Made by a program: the position numbers and the translations under genes. A stretch of 33,874 nt of DNA from NCBI GenBank assembly GCA_050749285.1, contig JBOGQX010000030.1, positions 1-33,874 on the forward strand, read 5' to 3'. A model generated the notes under the pieces. It saw only the letters and a program-made list of their open reading frames with translations, was not told where the DNA came from and did no database searches. Shown piece after piece: positions 26,032 to 33,241 of the stretch (within the stretch, counting starts at the first letter, position 1; each line of letters starts with the position of its first letter). Source of the stretch: Nitrosotalea sp. Lineage in GTDB: Archaea; Thermoproteota; Nitrososphaeria; Nitrososphaerales; Nitrosopumilaceae.

Positions 26032-26146
26032 CCATTCTCATCATAAATTTCTAAACATTGTGCCTATCATTGTAAAATTTTTGATACAAGTTTCTAAAAC
26101 AAGTTTTTCAAGTAAGAATTATTACCTATTATTTGAGTGGGTAAGT

Positions 26147-26314
26147 ATGGGTCTATTCAAAAAGGAGAAAGCACCTAACACAAAATGTAAAGAATGCGGT
26201 ATGGAACTGCATGACCCAGTACGTTTGGAAAGACATATGAAAAAAGCTCACAAGCATGCATCGCAGAAAAATTTTGATGAACCTGGCTCATCCACTACGA
26301 CCGGGATGTGGTAG
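26147..26314 (+). CDS. 55-aa stand-alone C2H2 zinc-finger protein
   Basis: MGLFKKEKAPNTKCKECGMELHDPVRLERHMKKAHK... fits C-X2-C-X12-H-X4-H. I prefer the ATG at 26147, because the track's upstream GTG extension at 26060 is Ile/Phe/Ser-rich junk. Confidence 0.55.
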   Translation: MGLFKKEKAPNTKCKECGMELHDPVRLERHMKKAHKHASQKNFDEPGSSTTTGMW

Positions 26315-26359
26315 TGTCATCTCAGTCTATAAACAGTTATTCAAGGATGTAATCTGAAT

Positions 26360-26989
26360 TTGGTTACTCTTGAAATTATTAGCAATTTGACTAATTTCAT
26401 CATTCAGACAATATCAAATTCTGGTTACGCTGGTATTTTCTTTTTGATGGTAGCCGAAAGCGCTTTGATACCAATCCCAAGTGAGGTGATTATGCCATTT
26501 TCGGGTTATCTCGTTTCTATTGGAAAGTTCAATGTAATCTATGTCATAATTGCAGGTTCCATCGGCAATCTTGCAGGTTCATTAATTGCATATTTTGTGG
26601 GAATATATCTAGGAAGGGGATTTGTTCTAAGATATGGGAAATATGTTTTGCTCAAAAAGTCCCATCTAGAGTTTGCAGAGTCCTATTTCAAAAAATATGG
26701 CGATAGGTCTACCTTCATTAGCAGACTGTTACCTGCAATAAGGACATACGTTTCTCTGCCAGCAGGAGTGGCAAAAATGAACTTGAAAAAGTTTGCAGCA
26801 TATACTTTTGTAGGTTCCGTAATATGGAACTCAGCTCTAACATATATCGGAATCACGTTAGGCGAGGAATGGAATAGTATTCGAAAATACTCCACCTATT
26901 TTGATGCAATAGTAATAATAGCTGTAATAGTTGCCATCATAATGTATTGGCGAAGGAGAAAAGCCTCACAAGGTTCTGCTAACTCTTAA
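26360..26989 (+). CDS. DedA family (SNARE-associated) membrane protein
   Basis: GYAGIFFLMVAESALIPIPSEVIMPFSGY and SRLLPAIRTYVSLPAG are characteristic DedA motifs. Confidence 0.85.
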   Translation: MVTLEIISNLTNFIIQTISNSGYAGIFFLMVAESALIPIPSEVIMPFSGYLVSIGKFNVIYVIIAGSIGNLAGSLIAYFVGIYLGRGFVLRYGKYVLLKKSHLEFAESYFKKYGDRSTFISRLLPAIRTYVSLPAGVAKMNLKKFAAYTFVGSVIWNSALTYIGITLGEEWNSIRKYSTYFDAIVIIAVIVAIIMYWRRRKASQGSANS

Positions 26990-27254
26990 AATGGCTAAGT
27001 TCCTCTAGAATTATTTTGAATATAGTTTCATTATCTAGTACACAGGGTATGTTATTTTCCTTACATGCTTTACCTACTTCAGTATCTTCAGTAACCACTA
27101 CCATTCCATTTTCTTCGGCGTATTTTATAACTGAATAATCGCTGGTTAGTTTTTTGCCTTCTGCAATTAGTTTTTTTACACTGAAGGCCTGATAGCCAAA
27201 CTCCTTTAGTTTAGCATCTATTCCATCATACATCTCATCAACTAGAACTTTCAT
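26979..27254 (-). CDS. small PIN-like domain protein (Mut7-C/DUF5615-like)
   Basis: 91-aa ORF. MKVLVDEMYDG...L...GY followed by VVVTEDTE resembles the short Mut7-C-type PIN fold. Recognition is weak. Confidence 0.45.
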   Translation of the reverse strand: MKVLVDEMYDGIDAKLKEFGYQAFSVKKLIAEGKKLTSDYSVIKYAEENGMVVVTEDTEVGKACKENNIPCVLDNETIFKIILEELSHFKS

Positions 27255-27322
27255 GATATTTTCTTGATATGATGATTGTTATTATTTATACTTATACTTG
27301 TAGATGTGTTTTGAAATTAAGA

Positions 27323-28366
27323 TTAGACAGATTTCTTTCTAAATCTTCTTCTTAATTTTTCCATTCCAAGAGTCTGACCGAAGAAACGTTTAACAAAAAA
27401 GTAAGCAACTGCAGTTGCAAGCCCAGCTGAAATTGCTACTGTAGCAACAATTGGCCAGAATTGTGTTTCATGAGCAGGATACAGACCAAAGACTGTAGCA
27501 ATTGTGTTTGGCACCAATTCTGCAGTTCCAGCTACCGTCCACCAGATGATAAGAATTGTGACCTTGTTGGTTATCTCTGTCTGTATTACATTTACTCCCG
27601 TAGCAACCATTTGCATTACATTTTCTGACATTTGTATCTGTCTGTCTAGCCTTCCAAGAATTACTTCAAACTTTGCAAGAATTGGTTCATTATCTGAAAC
27701 CATGTCTGCGTCTCCATACTTCAGGTTGTGGACGGTGTCATAGGTAGCCCAGACTGCATTTAGAAATGTTAGAAGGGATGTTTTCATGTTTGAGAGCTCA
27801 AGTGAAATATCTCTAGTAACTTGCCTTGAGCCTGCCAAATCAATTTCAAATTGTTCAACACGCTCTACAATTAATCTCAATATGGAGAAATTAGCTTCGC
27901 TAATTTCGTCTATTATTCTTGCAAGCAGTAATGTTTGCCTGTCAGCCCAAAGATCAGGTTCTTTTGGAAGTTTTCTCAAAAGTGTAGGCGCATAACTATA
28001 CAAACGAGTAATTTTGCCTCCGTAATCGTCGTGAATGGTAACAATCAGCTCTTTTTTAATGAATATCAAAAGAGGTGCAGTTTCTGTCTTGTTGTTTCCG
28101 GGTACAACAAACGGAATCATAAGACCGAGTGTATCTCCTCTATCTTCATAATTTGACACATATCCTGAGAGAAGTTGAGATGAATCCATAGTGACACCAA
28201 GTTTTTCAAGAATTTTTGGAGTCTCTTCAATTATGTTATCTACAACACATTCTATCCAAGTAAGACTACCAATGGCCGCAACTTGTGCAGCCTCATCAAG
28301 ATCACAAGTTGGTTTCTTAAATGGTGCGCCGTCTTGTAAGCCTGCAATGCTAATGGCCTTTATCAT
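27323..28366 (-). CDS. CorA-fold divalent-cation channel homologue with a non-canonical GLY loop instead of GMN
   Basis: 347 aa, with a cytoplasmic alpha/beta plus long-helix domain and two C-terminal TM segments. The inter-TM loop reads VPNTIATVFGLYPAHE where CorA has YGMNF. The C-terminal tail is basic. Confidence 0.65.
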   Translation of the reverse strand: MIKAISIAGLQDGAPFKKPTCDLDEAAQVAAIGSLTWIECVVDNIIEETPKILEKLGVTMDSSQLLSGYVSNYEDRGDTLGLMIPFVVPGNNKTETAPLLIFIKKELIVTIHDDYGGKITRLYSYAPTLLRKLPKEPDLWADRQTLLLARIIDEISEANFSILRLIVERVEQFEIDLAGSRQVTRDISLELSNMKTSLLTFLNAVWATYDTVHNLKYGDADMVSDNEPILAKFEVILGRLDRQIQMSENVMQMVATGVNVIQTEITNKVTILIIWWTVAGTAELVPNTIATVFGLYPAHETQFWPIVATVAISAGLATAVAYFFVKRFFGQTLGMEKLRRRFRKKSV

Positions 28367-28710
28367 GCCCTGAGGTTAATTTGCGCTTATATACACTTAT
28401 TTGTAAAATTTGGCAAATCTATTTTGGCCCGACAATTTTCATTGAAAGATGTTCATATAAATTAACAATAACTTGAGACTCATTTACGTGGTTTTAGGAT
28501 ACAACATTGTGGATATATGACAGAGATCAGTGAATAATGCGATCCATGTTTTTACTTATTATGTGATTTCTTTATGAGTAATTTTGTGAAATAAGTTCAT
28601 TTATACTAAAATTATTTCAAATTACCGATAAAACCAGAATATCTCTATTTTTATTGAGAAATTAAAAGTTCATAAGTGGAATTCACTAACTCTCGGAGAA
28701 TTAAAAATCT

Positions 28711-30423
28711 ATGAAAGACTTTGGATCTCTAGAGTACGTCTTGGACAGATACTCAAAAAATTGGACATGGAAGCTTACCGGTACTAGGGCTGTCAGCATG
28801 GTTGCGCGAGTCATTCCTCAAGCATGGTATGGAAATGGTCCTGATGAAGCAATTGTACCTGATACAGAACATAATGTCAAGAAAATAAAATGGATAATGG
28901 AAAGATATCCACTTGAGATAAGATCAAAATTCATTTGGCAAAGGAAGACTAAACACATGATAATTCCAAAGAAAAAATATACCAGAATAGAGAAACTACG
29001 AAAAGCAAATGCTGGCCCACAATTTCGTGGAACTTTGTTTGATTTTCAGAGAGAAGGTTTGGATTTTCTAATAAAGACATCTGGTAATGCACTTTTGGCT
29101 GACGACATGGGTTTAGGAAAGACTATTCAGACTCTAGCATATCTTGCATCAGAAAAACAGACCTTTCCAGCATTGATTGTTGCACCACTTGTTACTTTAA
29201 CTAACTGGCAACGAGAGATTGAAAAATTTTTGAAGAAAAAAAGTCGCAACGGAAAGATAGTTGAAGATGATCATCCTACCTCAACTCTAATTAGGACAGG
29301 CAAATCACAAGATTTGGGAAAATATGATTTTTACATAATAAATTATGATCTGTTGCACAAACGAATTGATGACCTCTCAAAATTAAACATAAAGACTATC
29401 GTCTGTGATGAAGTACAGCATCTTCGTTCTAAATCAACAAAGAAATATGCCGCAGTAAAAAAACTCGCTGCACTGGATTCGATAAAATACAGAATCGGAC
29501 TATCTGGCACCCCCATCTATAACAGAGGTTCGGAGATATGGCCAATTGTCGACATACTCAGACCTGGACTTTTGGGAAGCTTTGAAGAATTTTGTGGATA
29601 CTTTTGTTATGTAAATGAAAAAGGAAAGGCAATAGTACTTGAGAGTAAACGAGCAAGTCTTGGAGAAGAATTACGTAAACATGTAATGCTTAGACGCAAA
29701 AAGTCAGATGTCTTAAAAGAATTAAAGGAAAAAGTTCGATACAAGGAATTTATCGATTCTGACATAAACTACTATCACTCTGAACTTGATAAAATATGGA
29801 AGAGACTAGAAGAGGAACAAAAGACTGCAATCTCCGCATTTGACAAGTTCTCAGCCTACAAGAGAGCAATACAAAGCGAGAGACAGGCAGCAGGCATAGC
29901 AAAGCTTCCTCATGTCATAGAGTTTGTAAAAAACATAATGGAGATAGAGGAAAGTGTTGTTGTATTTTGCCATCACAAAGCAATACATGAATTATTACAT
30001 AAAAGTCTCAAAGAATATTCACCGTCTGCCATCATTGGAGGCCAGACTGATAAGGAAAGACAAAATGGTATCGATAAATTTCAAAATGGAGAGACTAAAC
30101 TATTGATTGCCGGGCTCAGAGCTGGAAATGTTGGAATTAATTTGAGCAGGGCAAGATATGTAATATTTGCTGAGCTTGACTGGAGTCCAGCAATTCACAG
30201 ACAAGCAGAAGACAGATTACATAGAATTGGTCAGAAAAACACTGTATTTGCATATTATTTGATAGGAAATGGAACACTAGATGATCATGTGGCAGATGTT
30301 CTAATTGACAAAAGTTATGAAATCGATGCCATAATGGACGAAAAAATAGAGGCGTTTGAAAACAAGGAAAAAGCAGAGTTGATCTTGGCACAAATTCATG
30401 ACAAGCTAGCCACGAAGCGCTAA
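28711..30423 (+). CDS. SNF2/SWI2 family helicase-like ATPase
   Basis: LLADDMGLGKTIQ (motif I), VCDEVQHLRS (motif II), LSGTPIYN (motif III), AGNVGINL (motif V) and DWSPAIHRQAEDRLHRIGQ (motif VI). The N-terminal segment of about 100 aa is unassigned. Confidence 0.9.
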   Translation: MKDFGSLEYVLDRYSKNWTWKLTGTRAVSMVARVIPQAWYGNGPDEAIVPDTEHNVKKIKWIMERYPLEIRSKFIWQRKTKHMIIPKKKYTRIEKLRKANAGPQFRGTLFDFQREGLDFLIKTSGNALLADDMGLGKTIQTLAYLASEKQTFPALIVAPLVTLTNWQREIEKFLKKKSRNGKIVEDDHPTSTLIRTGKSQDLGKYDFYIINYDLLHKRIDDLSKLNIKTIVCDEVQHLRSKSTKKYAAVKKLAALDSIKYRIGLSGTPIYNRGSEIWPIVDILRPGLLGSFEEFCGYFCYVNEKGKAIVLESKRASLGEELRKHVMLRRKKSDVLKELKEKVRYKEFIDSDINYYHSELDKIWKRLEEEQKTAISAFDKFSAYKRAIQSERQAAGIAKLPHVIEFVKNIMEIEESVVVFCHHKAIHELLHKSLKEYSPSAIIGGQTDKERQNGIDKFQNGETKLLIAGLRAGNVGINLSRARYVIFAELDWSPAIHRQAEDRLHRIGQKNTVFAYYLIGNGTLDDHVADVLIDKSYEIDAIMDEKIEAFENKEKAELILAQIHDKLATKR

Positions 30424-30425
30424 AC

Positions 30426-30599
30426 TCACTTTTCTTCTCTTATCTGGTATTCATCAAAAAAATCCTGCCCTTCCCCTAATTTTTGTTTCAAAAATGATTC
30501 TAATTTTTGTATTACTTCAATTCTACTCATTCTTCCGTCCTTTGTAATGTAAAACTCATCTTTTGATTCTCGGAATTTTTTGTAATTCATGCCTTTCAT
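30426..30599 (-). CDS. hypothetical 57-aa ORF (below track cutoff)
   Basis: My translation is MKGMNYKKFRESKDEFYITKDGRMSRIEVIQKLESFLKQKLGEGQDFFDEYQIREEK*. No motif recognised. It converges on the SNF2 gene. Confidence 0.25.
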   Translation of the reverse strand: MKGMNYKKFRESKDEFYITKDGRMSRIEVIQKLESFLKQKLGEGQDFFDEYQIREEK

Positions 30600-30761
30600 G
30601 ACAGATTATAGCACCGGTAGCAAAAGTAGTTTTCCCAGTAAAACGCCTTTAATTAGATCTGATCTTGTTTAAGTTGAGATTAAACCTCTTCCTCTCATAC
30701 GATAAAAATCTTGTTCATGAATTTATAGTACTGCTAATAACCAAAACAAAGAATTCAAGAT

Positions 30762-30846
30762 GGCGAAACCTCCTTGCTCGTGTAATAGGAACTCAGACTC
30801 ACCACCGGGATCTGAACGATCCTTACCCTCATGAGCAAGGAACGCC
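30762..30846. ncRNA. candidate structured RNA: G+C-rich 85-nt extended hairpin of unknown class
   Basis: ccttgctcgtg (30772-30782) pairs with catgagcaagg (30830-30840) for 11 bp including one G-U. ggcg (30762-65) pairs with cgcc (30843-46). There is an internal ggatc/gatcc stem. The element sits in a 415-nt stretch with no credible ORF. Confidence 0.3.
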
Positions 30847-31015
30847 TTAATCATAGAAATGCCCAATACAGTTGGATGATATCGTTACTCGATGGGCTTT
30901 GTCTTATACAGTGAGAAGCCAAGCCTTTACAGAAAATCATTTGTGCTGTATTCTCACGAGTATGAAATTGTAGATGATGACGAAGATTATGACTGATTGA
31001 AAAAATCATGAGAGA

Positions 31016-31660
31016 TTAAGGTTGTGTGGCATTTTCTGCGTTTGACTGATTTTCTGTTTTTGTCGAATTTCCTTCGAGTATGCTTTTGCCAGAATAAAGT
31101 AGTTCTGAAGCAGAGAATCTAGATTGGGCTGACATTAACTGACCTTGAATGTCAGAAGCCTGTACAAATCCCTGTTTTGACTTACAACCCCAATCTTTAT
31201 TGTCAAAGAGGATACCATCAAATTCTGCAAAGTCATAACTTTTCTCATATGAATATGGAATTAGATTCAGAATTTTGGTTTTAACTAAGACGGTAGCCTG
31301 AAAATCTGTTGGATTTGTATTGTCCAAAATCCAACCAACAAATGTTTTCATAGATTCAAAATCAGTAAACGTTAACGTTGCATCCATCTTTGCCTGAGAA
31401 CCTGATGGAGTTATGTTTCCTACAGTTAGTGACCCGATATTACCAGATTTATCGTTGAGATCTGCATCTATTTCCTCGATACTTTGTGGGACAAATGAGG
31501 GATTACAAGTTAACAGTGTGAGATCTATTCCAGTGGCAGTTACTTGGTTTATTCCACCGCCTGCAAACTGTAAACTTTGTACTCCATAAAATAAAGTTAC
31601 AAAAAGTGCAACAGTCACGATCAAAATTGTCACGCCTAAAATGATTATCTCTTTTCTCAA
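31016..31660 (-). CDS. membrane-anchored extracellular protein of unknown function
   Basis: N-terminal TM/signal anchor IIILGVTILIVTVALFVTLFYGV, a beta-rich body and a low-complexity Asn/Ser/Thr/Gln tail. Confidence 0.55.
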   Translation of the reverse strand: MRKEIIILGVTILIVTVALFVTLFYGVQSLQFAGGGINQVTATGIDLTLLTCNPSFVPQSIEEIDADLNDKSGNIGSLTVGNITPSGSQAKMDATLTFTDFESMKTFVGWILDNTNPTDFQATVLVKTKILNLIPYSYEKSYDFAEFDGILFDNKDWGCKSKQGFVQASDIQGQLMSAQSRFSASELLYSGKSILEGNSTKTENQSNAENATQP

Positions 31661-31744
31661 GATGGTTTCAAGTCAATCAAATATGCATAAATTCCTTAGC
31701 AAATATTCTACAGTTTTAATAAGATCAAAAACGATCATAGAAAT

Positions 31745-32014
31745 ATGCCTACAAAATTAGTGGTTTTTTCAATCCTGTGTGTAGCATTGATTTGCGTGAT
31801 AACAATGTCAGTGAGTGCATTTGGGCAAACATCTCCAATTCCAAATTGGGTAAAAAACAATGCAAAATGGTGGTCTGATAGTACCATTACAGACGAACAA
31901 TACCTTTCCGGAATACAATACTTGGTTTCCCAAGGTACGATCAAAGTATCAAATGTGCAGACAACAACCACCCCAGCTACGCCCCTTCAATTACAGCAAC
32001 TGAAAGGATTGTAA
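31745..32014 (+). CDS. small secreted protein with a PIPNWVKNNAKWW...GIQYL domain and Thr-rich linker (probable 5' part of a split gene)
   Basis: The signal peptide is MPTKLVVFSILCVALICVITMSVSAFG. I recall the NW.KNNA.WW....I.D..(F/Y)..GIQYL motif from many thaumarchaeal secreted proteins. Confidence 0.6.
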   Translation: MPTKLVVFSILCVALICVITMSVSAFGQTSPIPNWVKNNAKWWSDSTITDEQYLSGIQYLVSQGTIKVSNVQTTTTPATPLQLQQLKGL

Positions 32015-32058
32015 CATACATCAGAACTAATTCCTCTGTTTCCATAGGATATTACGGA

Positions 32059-32268
32059 TTGGGTCAAATTTCTTGTAACAATGATGAGATACTGACAGGA
32101 GGGGGATACTATTCTTCTCAATTTCGTGAGATGCTATCAGTTTACCGGAATGGACCATCTGATGACGGAAAAACATGGTTAGTTGAGATGATGTATGTTG
32201 GATACCACTATTATGGACCAGGTCCTCAGTTCACAGTATATGGCATGTGTACAAAACTTGTGCCATAA
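32059..32268 (+). CDS. Cys-pair beta-rich domain ORF (probable 3' part of the split gene; its frame is open from 31882)
   Basis: It has only a TTG start and no signal peptide of its own. Its frame stays open back to 31882, overlapping the 3' end of the 31745..32014 ORF. Confidence 0.4.
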   Translation: MGQISCNNDEILTGGGYYSSQFREMLSVYRNGPSDDGKTWLVEMMYVGYHYYGPGPQFTVYGMCTKLVP

Positions 32269-32298
32269 CACATTCTTTCTTTTTTAATTCTGAAGTTA

Positions 32299-32877
32299 TC
32301 AGATAATTGTTTTTACTCTGCCTATTTTACCACTCTGTAGTTCTACTTTAATGCCATGTGGATGAAAATTACTTGAAGTAAGAATTTTCTTCACTATTCC
32401 TACTGTCAAATTGCCAGTTACTTGATCTTGTTTCTGTATTATTAAGACGCTTGTACCTATTCCTATTTTGTCTCTTGAAGGTATTATGTCCAATTCAACA
32501 TTGCGTGGATATTTGCCATTATTTAGATGATTTGTTGTCTTTGGAGAGCGAATAGAAGAAGAACTGAAGGTTATTTTATGAAGATTTAGTTTTTTGTCTA
32601 AAGGAAAACGGACAGCCGATTTGGTAGTTTCATAATCTACTAATTCATTTTTGTGTTCCTCTATGATCGGAGGGCGCAGATAGAGTCCGATGTGCGTTTT
32701 CATAAGACCGAACCAAGCTATCCGGCCTTTGTCATAACCTGGCATTCCATAGCTAATGCTTTCCACGGCAGTCGGTGCGACTTCTCTGATCGCTGTCCGA
32801 ATCTCCTTAAGTTTGCTCTGTATTTCTTTTGGTGCTCTCGCAATGTATGCGTCTACATCTTTTGGGGCTTTTTTCAT
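32299..32877 (-). CDS. fusion protein: DUF1801 (YdhG-like) N-terminal domain + YwbE/DUF2196-like C-terminal domain
   Basis: The N-terminus has VDAYIA..P.EIQ..L.EIR..I, ESISYGMPGY and THIGLY. The C-terminus has IIQKQDQVTGNLTVGIVKKILTSSNFHPHGIKVELQSGKIGRV, the YwbE signature as I recall it. Confidence 0.65.
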   Translation of the reverse strand: MKKAPKDVDAYIARAPKEIQSKLKEIRTAIREVAPTAVESISYGMPGYDKGRIAWFGLMKTHIGLYLRPPIIEEHKNELVDYETTKSAVRFPLDKKLNLHKITFSSSSIRSPKTTNHLNNGKYPRNVELDIIPSRDKIGIGTSVLIIQKQDQVTGNLTVGIVKKILTSSNFHPHGIKVELQSGKIGRVKTII

Positions 32878-33241
32878 AATTTGACCTATAATAAAAATTA
32901 CGATGAATAATTATAAAGTTTAAGAGAGTTTAATACTGCATTAAACTTTTATTGTCTTTGAGATTGGTTGATACTCCATTAACCACGAAGGAGTTTTACA
33001 TTGTAATGATTTTTCTTACCTTTTAGAGTCATAACAGTAGGAAGTTATTTCAAAGAAGTGACTAGAGCTAGAAGAAAAGTTAAGAAGAGAATCAATGAAA
33101 CAGCGATAATCCCATTCCTAATAAGAAACTTGATTGCTTTCACAAACACGTCATCAGACAATACCACATCTTGATCTCTTTAGATTCTAAAGTTTTACGA
33201 CAAGCACATATTTCCAAGCGTAAAGAGGGGGTATTCCATTT

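Noticed and set aside
30665-30850. 61-aa plus-strand ORF across the structured non-coding region.
   Set aside because: It starts with TTG and its sequence is not protein-like. It spans the G+C-rich hairpin, which better explains the open frame.
30974-31049. C/D-box sRNA-like elements: ATGATGA at 30974-30980 followed 12 nt later by CTGA at 30993-30996.
   Set aside because: There is no acceptable C' box and the next CTGA (31046-31049) is too far away. No terminal stem is present, and the 3' part runs into the 31016-31660 CDS. Only half of the motif architecture is there.
33045-33167. 40-codon GTG-started minus-strand ORF encoding a single TM helix (…KFLIRNGIIAVSLILFLTFLLALVTSLK), downstream of aEF-2.
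   Set aside because: It is too short, has a non-ATG start and no motif. A hydrophobic open frame is easily produced by T-rich sequence. It would need conservation or expression data.
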